DNA from: Tubiluchus corallicola | Taxonomy: Eukaryota; Animalia; Priapulida | DNA length: 63,955 nucleotides | Reading direction: 5' to 3' | NCBI GenBank assembly: GCA_030141605.1 | Contig: JAQGDQ010001087.1 | Span: 1 to 63,955 of the forward strand | Shown: positions 36,342 through 63,955 of the stretch, piece by piece | Numbering within the stretch: position 1 is the stretch's first letter | Layout: the number at the start of each line of letters is the position of its first letter | Notes under the pieces: model-generated | Database searches by the model: none | Told to the model about the DNA's origin: nothing | What the model saw: only the letters and a program-made list of their open reading frames with translations | Made by a program: the position numbers and the translations under genes

Positions 36342-38474
36342 AGTATAAGGCACTAGTTTACAGATATTAACTTAGTTAATTAACATAACATTCGAAAATG
36401 AGGTAATGATTCATGGAAAAGATGTAAATGCCTTGGCAGCGTGTTAGAAACCGAAGCCCACATACAAAAAAGGAAAATTCTTGCATTGGTTGCTTATTCA
36501 AATATCACAACGGTTTTTGAAAACAATGGACTTTCACTTGAAACCATATTCCGGATCCTTTCAACTTTAGTTGAACCTGTGTTTTTGTACCATGCTTGGC
36601 TATGGATAATAAAAGCCAAACAGTAGAAGACGTCTATACAGAATTACTAGCAATTAAATGGCCTGACAGAATATGTAATGATGATCTGTGAATGTGGTCA
36701 AGAAGTTTCCTTGGCATCCTGTGCTGTTTTTTATTGTTTTGTACAGTAAATGAAACATTTTTCATGGGGTGTTAGTGCATTTTTCTCAGATAGTTAAGCT
36801 ATCTGAACATTTGAACAAAAACTGCCAACATCTTCAAACAGCTAAAGAAATATATGAACTATGTTATTTGTGCAAATGCTGAATATGAACTTTTTATATG
36901 CTAATGTCATACTTATTTGAAAAGATTTTTTAAAATTTCACGCAGCAGCAACCCACAGCTCACTTAAACAATTGATTGTCATGGTGTTCATAAGACGCCC
37001 AGACACACGAAAAAATATTAATGATATTGTCTGCGAACGTCATTAATTATTATGTTGTATTGGTATAGATAATTGTTTCACAATTCAATTAATTAGCAGT
37101 GTGTACAAAACATCTAATTGAAAACGCTTCTGTTGAAATTTACTTTTCGTCAGACTTTATTTTATGTTTCCTCACCTATATAAGGGTTAAAGATGTCATA
37201 CTTTTTAAATACAATTCAAGTTCATGCTAAACAATACAAAAACACTACTACAATAAGTGACTACAATAAGAAGGTGGAAGAACAAACTGAGGAATAGGTG
37301 AGACCTGTGAACATCCTTCTTGAAAAAGGCGTGGCTAAAATTAGCAGAGAAGCAATTTTCTGGGAAGGAATTCCACAGGTTTAGCAGTGACTAACGTTGT
37401 TTTTCGACAAAAGTAGGCATTTTGGCGGCATATCGGAGACCTTTTAGGACCTTTTTAAGACCTGAACTGATTTTGGATGAATTTCGATTGAATGACCTGG
37501 AGTATGTGCAACTCAGCGCAACTGAGAAAGCTTCAGTTACAATTTGACTGAAATCAGACATTATTTCCCCCTCCAATAAATATTACAAAGCTTAGCTAAT
37601 AGGTTTGGCACGATAGAGTAATAATTGCTGGTTGTAGTGTGCTACGCTTCAATACTACAAACAATAATTACTATTTCATTAATGCAGAAAATTATTCGGT
37701 AGCGGTAGTTTTGGTAGCAAATGGTTTAATAACGAAATACGTAAAGCCAGTTTAATTATTCATAAAGACTTTCATAACTTCCATAACAAGTAATTTCGCT
37801 GCAAGGCAAACGAGGAAGTTATACCAATGGTGCCTGTGACTGTCACATTTTACAGAAATACATGGTTCTTACTGTGATTTGATGTGCGTAGCTAAAATAA
37901 TCAAAGCCTGGATTGCTAAACTAAAATTGAAAAACTCTCAAATTGATCAGCCTGCAAAGGTTTCTTTGCATTATTTAATACCACAAAATAGTTTGTACAT
38001 TTCATCGACAGCCGAACTTTCGTATTTTTTCTGTCCATTTTCTTCCAGACGCCATGTTTCTTACAGTTTTATTTTCAATCTTTTTTTCAATATTTTAGAT
38101 ACTACTAATTCATTTCTATTCTGCTGCCTGGTCATTGCTTGCATTAAGTTTAATTTTAGAAACAAAATCGAAGAGCACAATTAAGGCTTTGTATATAATT
38201 GAACTGACAACAACAGCCCGATGGTCGAATTTAGCCAAATTATAACGTAATCCCTAACAGCCAGCACCCACTTAAGCAAAGATGTGGATTTTATTCAGAC
38301 ACAAACATCTACAACGTTTCGACCAGTCATGGTCATAGTCACGCAACCATTAATCTACCTTAATAAAACTATAGTGTAAAAAATCTCACACAAATCAAGC
38401 CTGTCTTGAGGGCAGATCCCCTTTATTTTAGAATTTTGCCTGATCAATATCTACAATCGACGTAATGGGCATAT

Positions 38475-38505
38475 GATGATGGCAATGATGATGATGATGA
38501 TGATA

Positions 38506-38537
<32 letters not shown>

Positions 38538-38690
38538 AATGATGATGATGATGATGATGACGACGAAAATGATGATGATGACGATAATGATGATGGTGAT
38601 GAGACGATGATGATGACGACGATAATGATGATGATAATGATGATGACGACAACGACAACGACGAAGATGATGATGACAATGATGACGATA
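38475..38690. repeat. (GAT)n microsatellite
   Basis: Direct reading. Confidence 0.95.
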
Positions 38691-39767
38691 AGAACATAAT
38701 GTCGGAATACTGATATAAAAAATACATGGCATACAACAAGCGTAGTTATTTAATTTATTTACATTGTAGAATTCACATTAAGAGCTAACTAGACAAACCA
38801 TACAAAAGAACTTTGCGCATAAGCCCATAACTACAACTCCCACCACACCGCGTCACATACACAAGACCTGTGACACCACCTGTACCATACCACCCAAGTC
38901 ACACTACCCGCCCCACAGCAATTAGCACTGATAGTGACGATGATGACGACAACGAGGATGACAACAACATCAACAGCAACAATAAAAAACAACTGTTTCA
39001 GTCTAGTGAAACAATTTTAAGCAAAATCAAATGGCTATACAATTAGTACGGACACAAATTTTATTAAGTAAAGTTACAAGTATAATACTATAAACAATGT
39101 CGCAATTTGCAGTACTATTATTACAAGTATAATAATAGGCCATGTATCAGTAGATTGCATGTTGTAAAAAATATAGGCCATGTTTAAGATCACAACGCTG
39201 ATTAGTTTATGCCCTAGCCGGGTTTAGGCCTTTGCAATTATAATAGAAAAATATAACTTCAAATACTTTATTGTCTTCACGCATAAAGCCAGTATGCCTA
39301 CTAAGCTTTTATAGATATTTAGTCTGGTACGAGATTTTTATGAAGATTGTTCGTATATTTTCATTTTGATTTATGAGCAGTAAAGCAGCAACCTCATTAT
39401 AATATAGATATATAATGAATATTATATAATATAGATGGTGCTCACTAAACAGCTTATTGCCAGTATTGAAATTAAACCTATTCGAGTTTTCCTGTACAAT
39501 TTATGAGCTGATGTTTTGACGATTACACAGATGTCACAAATACGGTCACATGATGAAATAAAAGTAAATGTATCTTTCATACAGCCATGATTATTCATGT
39601 TTGTACTATGAACGTTTTTGGCTTTGGCACTTTTGATGGATATCTCGTTATGAGTTCCCCACTAGCGAGGTAATAACATTAAATTTGTTAGAAAAAGTAA
39701 TAATTGCAGTTTTATTTTGACCAAGTAATACCATTTTTACTGACAACACAAAAGACTGTGAGTTAAG

Positions 39768-55426
<15,659 letters not shown>

Positions 55427-55568
55427 GCGTATTTAAGGTTTGCCTCAACTGATAACAAAGTTACTAAGAATTATTCTTTTAGATTCTTTTGTATACAAAC
55501 GCGACCCAAGTACACGTTTAGGACACCAGCTATTATGCTATTTCCTGATAGTTTTTAACATTTTTATA

Positions 55569-55640
55569 CCGATGCAAGGTTGGTTTATGGACTAATGCAT
55601 AACTAGGTAACAAATTTGTATGCAGTCTTCCGCTTGGGCT
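55569..55640 (-). promoter_or_regulatory. Non-coding block conserved upstream of both pentraxin genes (copy B)
   Basis: Homologous to 32883-32952 at a similar distance from the start codon. Confidence 0.5.
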
Positions 55641-56754
55641 TAGGAATCGATAAAATCGAAGCTCATCTAAACTCTTGTCAGTAAAGGTTTTGTTTAGCAG
55701 TGCCCAGTAGTACACCAACTGCTGATTCTTTAGATACCAAACAATAAGATTGCTCCCCAGTTGAACAATGGTGAACACCATCACGGGAAGTTAAACAACA
55801 ATAGCACAAAGTTTGTCCAGTCGGCCACTGCTGATCTCACGCTAAGCCTATAATGAACCCGTATACACGTGTATAGTTTCAAATAACAGGCTATAAGATT
55901 AATTGTTAAAATATTGGAACAAAATCAACCAACAGATGCCGTAAAACATGAAACACGCAGTCACTCAATAATATGTATGTTATCACACTTTCTAATCAGT
56001 AGAATCACATTTTGTTTTCACTCATTAAAATAGCTGTGGGAAAGCAACCAAGCTTTAAAGGAAAGAACAAGACACTCTGTATTGTGGGTTTATTTTACTG
56101 TTATCACTTAAACTTAGAAAAATATAACAAAGAAATTTGCAATCTGCCAGTAAAGCACAGATTTAAAATATACTATCTCTGAATAGAAATTTTCAGGCGC
56201 GGTTGTTGCCGCCATTCACTTTAAAATCATGACTTAATTAGGAGACTTCGTGACTTTTCGTAAGCGCATCGTGGTTTTCCGTAAATGCACACTGCTTAAA
56301 CTAATTCAAGCTTCTGCAGCTTATCTAATGTTGACGCAAAAAGATGTTTAAAGGTTGATTACTCTCACTGCTGCAATTGCTGTTACATTTCTTATCACTT
56401 GTTAAAGTGGAGATAATCAAGTCGAAAGCCTAAACGCTTTTTTTCCAAATAAGATTGATAGACAGTTAGGGATAACCAAATCTCTCTAAATGGACTGGTA
56501 AATAGGTAGATAGAAAGGGAAGCTTTCCGCAATGATACTCACAATAGGAAAAAAGGTGTAGACAGAAAGATAGAGCTGTTAGTAAATGAAAATTGACAGC
56601 ACACAATAGGTTGATGGGCAAGTACGTAAGTAGGTAGGTAGGCTGTACGGGCAGGACGACAGGAGGCCTGAATAGGCAAATAGATATGCATAGAAACAGA
56701 CAAGTAGACAGGTGAAAAGAATGGCAGATAAGATGGCAAATGAACAAACAGGTA

Positions 56755-57759
56755 TGTGACGATGTAGTCTAAGTTCCGTTATTGTAAATATGTGGTTCGT
56801 GACTTAAGTGTAACCCTTAGGTAAAGAATAAAACACTTAGTCGAAAACACTGAGAAGAAACAACTGAATTAATAAAATAATACAACAATTTAATTAATAT
56901 CCCAAAATACATTACAAGACAAATGTTAATAATAAAGATTAAGCCGGCTAAGAAGAGAAAGAACAACGTAATGTTTTTCACCAGTCCAGTCTTGGCATCA
57001 TCAAGCGACTACTCTCCTGCTCCCATTCCGCGGCATCTCCTCACCAGGGGCTTGATCAAGGAATGGTGCACCATAGAACGGTTGACTACACTACCTCTTG
57101 ATGGAGCTGATTACGTGGACGACGACGTCTCCAAACTTTGACGACTCCTGATGTACACGCCTCCACTTATATGACGCCAAAATGGGGTAGCATCCAAGCT
57201 CCTGCACTCGTTGCAAGGTAAGGATTACCAATTTTGTAATCAGCATGGAAGCACCAACGACAGTATCATCAACGTTAGGTAAATACGGGTAAGTATCATC
57301 AGCAGCAGATATCATCGACAACTGGTAAGTGATGTATCATCAGCATCAGGAAATATAATCAGCAACAGGTAAGTATCATTGCTAGAATGCAACTATCGTC
57401 TCTGTCGTAACCAGGTAGACAGATCGCTTTTCTACAAGCAAGCACTATTACTACTAACCCATCATTTTATGACATGTGAACGTCCGCTTAACTCGCCAAC
57501 TTAAAGCGGAATACCAGGGCGAACTGAACAGCCAAAATTTCGTCTACGTGGCTTCAGTCACATGATATAGTAGTAATGCATAAACAGTATCATTGAATGT
57601 ACAGGTGAAATCTGATTTCAGAACAAGTTGGCTTTTAGCCTTATATCATTAAACAGTTTAACTAAACTTCTTTTATAAAGACTGACAATAATTAATGGTG
57701 GAATTATAACAGTAGGAACTAGTTACATAACCTGGCCTAAAATAAGCCTGAGCGTCACA
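56755..57759 (-). repeat. 3' LTR (1005 bp)
   Basis: TGTGACG...CGTCACA inverted termini; matches 63017 onward with about five substitutions seen over 939 bp. Confidence 0.93.
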
Positions 57760-58348
57760 TAGCATCCTCCGTTACAAAAGCTTGATCCATCAAATTTTTT
57801 ACTAAAATGTGATATCAAGACTTTTAACACAATAGGTCAGGGCAATAAACTAGTTACACAAGAAATCATGATACATATTCATCACAATAATAGAACAAAA
57901 ATAACTAATGTCAATGACAAAAATTGCAATACTCAATCACAGTCTTCATCAACAAATCTTTGTGAATTCCTTCGCTCATGAAATAATTACATATTAGGTA
58001 AGACAGTATTTATTTACTCTTAAGTTTACAATGCAAGGTTCAAATCTTGGTTTCAAAATAAATCAATAAACTAAAAATAAAACACTGTATTGTTTTGAAC
58101 AAAGAAAAAATACTTTTACTATTAACCAGCCTAACAAGATTAAAATAATACAGTACAACAACACATGTTTTCCATTACCACTTCTAGATGGCATTGCGAA
58201 TACATTAAACTAATTTTGCAAAAAAATTTTATTATTTGTAACTCATTTCTAATGAATTAGCTTCATATAATGTAAAAGAAAATATTTCAACTGGTCAGAG
58301 GTGATCTTTAATCACCTAACTTGAGCTTTAGTGGTTGGAATTGTCCAC

Positions 58349-60463
58349 TCATAGACGTGAAAGAGAATCTGCTACAATATTATCTTTTCCAGCAATATTC
58401 TCTACAGTAATTTGGAATTGTTGCAAAATAAGCGCCCATGTACAAAGGCGGCGATTATTTCTCTTCATATATGGGAGTGCTAGCAAACTACGTTGGTCAG
58501 TTCGTACTATGAACTCATGACCTTCTAAGTAGTAACGTAACTTAGATACAGAATACACTACTGCCAACAACTCAATTTCCACAACACTATAATTTCGTTC
58601 ACACGTAGTCAACTTTCTGCTCACATGTGTAATTGGCACCTCACCTAACTCACTCTTTACTTGTGTCAGCACTCCACCAATACCACTAAATGAAGCATCA
58701 GTTGTTAGAACAAATTTCTGCGAAAAATCAGTTGAGTGAAGCACCGTGTCTGAGTTCAGTGCAGTGCGCAGTTCTATAAAGGTGCGTTCACACTCTTCAT
58801 TCCAGTCAACGTGTACAGGTGCATTTTTCTCAAGCAGTGCATACAAGGGTACCGCAATAGGACTAAACATCGTTTCGACATGTCCTACAACTGGCGTAGG
58901 ATTTGTTAGAGTAATACGATGTTGAACTAATTCAGTGCACCCGGGAAGATTGGTGAACATCTCTGAAAATTCTGCAAGTACTGCTGCCAACTGACTAATC
59001 TGTTCATCATTGAGATGAGAGTCATATGCTACATCATTGAGGGACTGCGTGGGTGAGGCAGAAGGCGGGAATGCATATTCAGGAAGTTTCAATGAACACT
59101 CATTTTCCTCCTGCTCATCCACCTTCACATCACCATTACCAACTTCAGACAAAACACTGTCTAGTGACGTTGTACTAAATTCCTCACACTTTGCAAACAA
59201 AACCATGTGCTCGTCGCGTTCAACAAATGGTTTCAACATGTTGATATGATATGTTCTTGTATGGCGTTTGCGTGCACTTTTGCCTCCTAAATGTATTTTA
59301 TATGTCCAATCAGACAATTTATCAACAACTGTAAAGGGGCCACGATAGCGCTTTTGCATTTTGCTTTTACCTTCAGGCATTAAAACAAGAACTTTTTGCC
59401 CTATTTCAAGCGAGCGTTCTGAAGTGGTTTTATCATACCACTTTTTCTGTGATATTTTAGCTTTTTGCAAAGCTTCATGGGCATCAGTAGTTGCCTCTTC
59501 TACAGTGTTAATTATGCGAGTCACGTAATCATCAATTTCTTCCCACTTAGGAGCTTCTACAGAGCCCCAACGTTCCTTTAGGGCAGCCAAAGGCCCACGC
59601 ACGGGAAAACCGTAAACTAGCTGAAATGGAGCATACCCAGTGGATTCTTGGGGTACTTCCCGGAAAGCAAATAAAATGAACGGAATAGTTTCATCCCAGG
59701 GTAAATGTTTCTCATTTTGCATGACTTTTAAAATACAGGATTTTAATGAGCCATTAAATCTCTCAGTTAACCCATTCCCCTGTGGGTTATATGGGGAAGT
59801 GAAGATTCCCTTTACACCCAAGGCCTGTTCTAAATCATGGATTAACTGTGATGTGAATTGAGTACCTCTGTCGGTTAAAATCTCACGCGGGATGCCATGT
59901 CGACATATGTATTGCAGTAAAGCTTTAACAACAGTAGTGGTTTCAATATTTGGCAGCGGGTAGCAATCGGGGTACCTCGTAGCATGATCTATTATTACTA
60001 ACGCGTACTTATTCCCCGAGGGTGTTCTCTTCATAGGCCCAATAATATCCATGGCTATAGTTCGAAATGCAATCGAAGGTATGGACAATGGCTTTAATTT
60101 TGCTTTATCAGAACGTTTAATTCTCGCCGTTTTCTGACATGGGACACATGAGCGGCAATATTGTATCACTGAACGTTTAACTCTAGGCCAGATACATTCT
60201 TGTAAAACACGTTGGGTAGTTTTACGGATGCCCAGGTGACCAGCCATGTGCGCATCATGTGCCAAAGATAAGACTGCCAAACGTCTAGACTTGGGTACAA
60301 CCAAAAGTTCGCGGGGTTCAGCATCGCGCTTTTCACGTGTCAGGTAATATAAAACCCCATCTTTAATGAAGTAACCCTTTCTTTGGGCACGAGCTACTGT
60401 TTCTGTGACTGCGTGATCACGTAAATTGCGCAAACTAACATCATCGCGCTGTTCTTGCTGCAA
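58349..60463 (-). CDS. pol: Retrotransposon pol remnant: integrase fused in frame to RNase H, RT core missing
   Basis: HHCC (HDAHMAGH...CVPC), DDE (AMD, LTDRG, LTERFN), GPF motif, then RT N-edge LPGCTELVQHRI joined directly to FSPIAVPL and RNase H TDASFSGIGGVL...ELLAVV...ADSLSRL; no YxDD. Confidence 0.88.
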   Translation of the reverse strand: MQQEQRDDVSLRNLRDHAVTETVARAQRKGYFIKDGVLYYLTREKRDAEPRELLVVPKSRRLAVLSLAHDAHMAGHLGIRKTTQRVLQECIWPRVKRSVIQYCRSCVPCQKTARIKRSDKAKLKPLSIPSIAFRTIAMDIIGPMKRTPSGNKYALVIIDHATRYPDCYPLPNIETTTVVKALLQYICRHGIPREILTDRGTQFTSQLIHDLEQALGVKGIFTSPYNPQGNGLTERFNGSLKSCILKVMQNEKHLPWDETIPFILFAFREVPQESTGYAPFQLVYGFPVRGPLAALKERWGSVEAPKWEEIDDYVTRIINTVEEATTDAHEALQKAKISQKKWYDKTTSERSLEIGQKVLVLMPEGKSKMQKRYRGPFTVVDKLSDWTYKIHLGGKSARKRHTRTYHINMLKPFVERDEHMVLFAKCEEFSTTSLDSVLSEVGNGDVKVDEQEENECSLKLPEYAFPPSASPTQSLNDVAYDSHLNDEQISQLAAVLAEFSEMFTNLPGCTELVQHRITLTNPTPVVGHVETMFSPIAVPLYALLEKNAPVHVDWNEECERTFIELRTALNSDTVLHSTDFSQKFVLTTDASFSGIGGVLTQVKSELGEVPITHVSRKLTTCERNYSVVEIELLAVVYSVSKLRYYLEGHEFIVRTDQRSLLALPYMKRNNRRLCTWALILQQFQITVENIAGKDNIVADSLSRL

Positions 60464-60510
60464 TTGTTCTTTACTAAGCTGTAACAGCTGCTGTTGCTGT
60501 GCTTTAGTAG

Positions 60511-62335
60511 CTATACCAGATGCAATATTTTTTCCGCTTTTTGATCAGCGTTTAAACTACTTAGTAATTGTTTCTCACTGTGAGCTCCTGCTTGTAGCTG
60601 CTTTGCTTTTGATCGGGTTATAGCAAAAGCTTTTTTTGAATTACCAGTTCGTTTCGCGACATTGGTATTTCCGCTCACAAGTTCATCGAAATAATGTGAC
60701 GTATCTGAATTTTCAGGTGTGATACGTTCTAAATCAACTGACTTAGGTGGTGTACTAAAACTCTGTTTAATGCTAAATGGTGTCACAGCAGTTCGGTAAT
60801 CATTACCTAGCAAAAAGGGCACAGGAAGACTATCAGACACTGCCACTCTCAATCTACCATTGACTAGCGTACATTCCACCTCAACAACAGCCGCACGTGT
60901 ATTTTTAACATCGCCATGCACACACCAAATTTTGGTACAATTTTCACTTTGTAGAAACTGTTCTGGACGGACATAACGTGGTTGGACCAAACTCACGCTA
61001 GCACCAGAATCTCTTATACCATCGATCCAGATACCATTGACTTTAGCTTTAAAGCTAAACTCATCAGACTCAGGCACACACTCAGGAATAGCCGCAGGTG
61101 AACTGGTAGAGCGACTGGATTGGTGACCAGTATTTCCTGTCTTGGCCAAGAATTGACGACTAGGATTTCTACTCTTGCCACTAGTTTCACCATAATTAGG
61201 GCGTTTCGGGCACTGGGTCCTTTTGTGTCCAAGTTCTCCACAAGCATAATAGCGTATCTTCTTCATGACGTCATTGTTCATCTTTTTTCCAGAACCATTT
61301 GAAAAAACTGCCGGCCTAGAATTTCCACGCTGTTGTTGCATTTGTTTAAGTTTTGAAGCCGTACCTAATGCATTAGAAGCAATGTACAAATCGGCTTTCT
61401 CTGCCACCTTTTCCATTGTCTTCTGCCCTTGCTGCCTGACCCAAATGCTCATTTCACGGGGCATCAATGTAAGGGCCTGCTCAATACATAGCAGTTCACA
61501 AATGTTCTCAAAGGTGGACGCTTCTTCGGCTTTCAGCCATTCTTGCAGGGCACGATCAAGCCGTACAAAAAGCTGACGGAATGTTTCATCCGGTCTCCGA
61601 GTAATCTTGCGGAAACGCTCAAGATACATGTCATTGGAGAGGACATAGGCAGCTAACAAAGTCTTCCTTAAAACATTGTAATCTTGCATGCTGTCAAGTG
61701 GTACTTGTTGAAAAGCCTGGGCTGCTTTTCCGGATAAAGCTGGGCCCAGCGATGCAGCAAAGTGTTTCTCTTCAAGGCCATTAGCTTTGGCTACTGCTTC
61801 AAACCACTGTAAGAAAGTATGCAGATCATCGGTTCCCTCTGTAAAAACACGTGATAACTTTACACGGGGTATTCGAGATGCGGTTGTAGTAAGTATGCCA
61901 TCAGGTGATTGAGGAGGAACCTGTGTCACGTGACTTGGAGATGAGGCATCCAGCTCACGAAGCTTCAACTCAAACTGATACTGCTCTTTCTGCATTCGTT
62001 CTCTGCGTTCCTCACGCTCACGTTCCCATTCTCTCTCTTCACGTTGCATACGTTCACGCCTTTCTTCACTCTTTCTCGCGCTCTACTAACTTTAACTTTT
62101 CAATGTTGTAAAGGGATACTGAATGTTCTGTCATCTCATCATTCGCAGGTTTACTATTAATAGCAGAATGCAAGGTAAGGTCGGCAGGAGGGGGAGTTGC
62201 TAACAGTTGATCAGACACACGTCTGCGCCCACTCATCTGCGCAACAGACACACTCGGTGTGCTTGACACACCTCCAACTTCTTTCGGTCTAACACTAGGT
62301 TCACCTGTCGTCACAGGGTTACCCTGTGCATTCAT
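60511..62335 (-). pseudogene. gag: Retrotransposon gag-protease, frameshifted near 62066
   Basis: ORFs 62335-62066 and 62049-60511 are one base out of frame in an E/R-rich coiled coil; capsid/SCAN-like segment (FLQWFEAVA...LSGKA...YLERFR...EQAL), knuckle YYACGELGHKRTQC (first Cys is Tyr), aspartic protease DSGASVSLV. Confidence 0.82.
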
Positions 62336-62995
62336 GATTATATCAATTATTCCGGCCTTATTTGTACCCTGTGGTAAAGTTAGCCTACGTTCAACATTTG
62401 CTTTAAGACAGGTACAGTTAGTTGCTGCAATTCACTCTCCACGTAAACGCGTGACATTCTAATTACAGGACAATATAGGACAAATAGTAGTTTCAGTGAA
62501 AAAACTTTATGCTCGCAGAATATTTATAGATCTATCATTCAACTGACACACACTGGCTCAACGCATACAAACGTACAAAAATACTGTATAGTAGGGTAAT
62601 GTGAGTGCAAATCAAACAAAGTAGCAAACTAGGAATATACAAAATCTAGGCCAAGACTTTTGACTAGCCTGCAACGAAATAACGGTTTCACTAGCACTTA
62701 AAACGTCTACAGTGCAATCAAGGTCAAATCGGCATTCAAGTCGGCATACACCTGGAATTATAGTGTTTACAAAATCTGCAGGAAACCTATTTAAATAATG
62801 GACAAAACACATTCAACTGAGTAATCAATAAATTCACTCAACGGAAGATGCTATGTTCTTTCGAAATGCTTTTGCCCAAAGATTCCCCCAGAAAATTAGC
62901 TATGTAACTAATTACCTGAAAGTAAATATCATTAAATTCTCAAAATGCTGACAAAGAATTTTATTCCTACCGAGTTACACCAAATAAAGTCAAAT

Positions 62996-63013
62996 ATCCC
63001 ACTTCTGACACCA
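62996..63013 (-). other. Primer-binding site complementary to tRNA-Leu 3' end
   Basis: TGGTGTCAGAAGTGGGAT on - strand, 3 nt inside the 5' LTR; complement ATCCCACTTCTGACACCA matches the 3' end of animal tRNA-Leu(CAG/CAA)+CCA as I recall it. Confidence 0.8.
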
Positions 63014-63016
63014 TAA

Positions 63017-63955
63017 TGTGACGATGTAGTCTAAGTTCCGTTATTGTAAATATGTGGTTCGTGACTTAAGTGTAACCCTTAGGTAAAGAATAAAACACTT
63101 AGTCGAAAACACTGAGAAGAAACAACTGAATTAATAAAATAATACAACAATTTAATTAATATCCCAAAATACATTACAAGACAAATGTTAATAATAAAGA
63201 TTAAGCCGGCTAAGAAGAGAAAGAACAGCGTAATGTTTTTCACCAGTCCAGTCTTGGCATCATCAAGCGACTACTCTCCTGCTCCCATTCCGCGGCATCT
63301 CCTCACCAGGGGCTTGATCAAGGAATGGTGCACCATAGAACGGTTGACTACACTACCTCTTGATGGAGCTGATTACGTGGACGACGACGTCTCCAAACTT
63401 TGACGACTCCTGATGTACACGCCTCCACTTATATGACGCCAAAATGGGGTAGCATCCAAGCTCCTGCACTCGTTGCAAGGTAAGGATTACCAATTTTGTA
63501 ATCAGCATGGAAGCACCAACGACAGTATCATCAACGTTAGGTAAATACGGGTAAGTATCATCAGCAGCAGATATCATCGACAACTGGTAAGTGATGTTTC
63601 ATCAGCGTCAGGAAATATAATCAGCAACAGGTAAGTATCATTGCTAGAATGCAACTATCGTCTCTGTCGTAACCAGGTAGACAGATCGCTTTTCTACAAG
63701 CAAGCACTATTACTACTAACCCATCATTTTATGACATGTGAACGTCCGCTTAACTCGCCAACTTAAAGCGGAATACCAGGGCGAACTGAACAGCCAAAAT
63801 TTCGTCTACGTGGCTTCAGTCACATGATATAGTAGTAATGCATAAACAGTATCATTGAATGTACAGGTGAAATCTGATTTCAGAACAAGTTGGCTTCTAG
63901 CCTTATATCATTAAACAGTTTAACTAAACTTCTTTTATAAAGATTGACAATAATT
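63017..63955 (-). repeat. 5' LTR, truncated by window end
   Basis: Near-identical to 56755-57693 at constant offset 6262. Confidence 0.93.

Larger units (their letters stand above)
56755..63955 (-). mobile_element. Gypsy/Ty3 LTR retrotransposon of the Gmr1 type (gag-PR-IN-[RT deleted]-RNase H), runs off the window end
   Basis: Direct repeats 56755-57759 and 63017-63955 (truncated), PBS next to the right LTR, gag/protease ORF and an integrase-RNase H ORF with integrase upstream of the RT/RH region. Confidence 0.93.

Noticed and set aside
56923-57321. Short ORFs duplicated at 63185-63583
   Set aside because: They lie inside the two LTRs, which explains the duplication; no recognisable domain.
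60511-60550. Programmed -1 frameshift between the protease and integrase ORFs
   Set aside because: Falls in A-runs after the protease, not at the usual gag/pro boundary; a mutation or sequencing indel is more likely. Other copies of the element would decide.

Overview
AT-rich, intron- and microsatellite-rich animal (probably invertebrate) genomic DNA; no prokaryotic features and no CRISPR. Splice sites read by hand give four protein genes: (1) the last three exons of a + strand membrane-anchored ZP-domain protein (1456-5210); (2) a complete 9-exon - strand DEG/ENaC channel of 506 aa (6233-17381) with Cys at the degenerin site; (3,4) two tandem - strand 8-exon paralogues encoding secreted proteins of about 450 aa with a central pentraxin domain between a divergent pro-region and a conserved C-terminal helical extension (24779-32757 and 39768-55426). 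The paralogues share a GC-AG intron and show a patchwork of near-identical and divergent exons. The right end is a young Gmr1-type (integrase before RT) Gypsy LTR retrotransposon with a tRNA-Leu PBS whose RT core is deleted in frame. Introns and intergenic DNA hold many MITEs (several hAT with 8-bp TSDs), LINE 3' remnants, solo-LTR candidates, Helentron-like elements, Penelope-type hammerhead remnants and a 46-bp x ~38 minisatellite behind a 5S-rRNA-like head. All alignments and counts were made by eye; no database searches were run.
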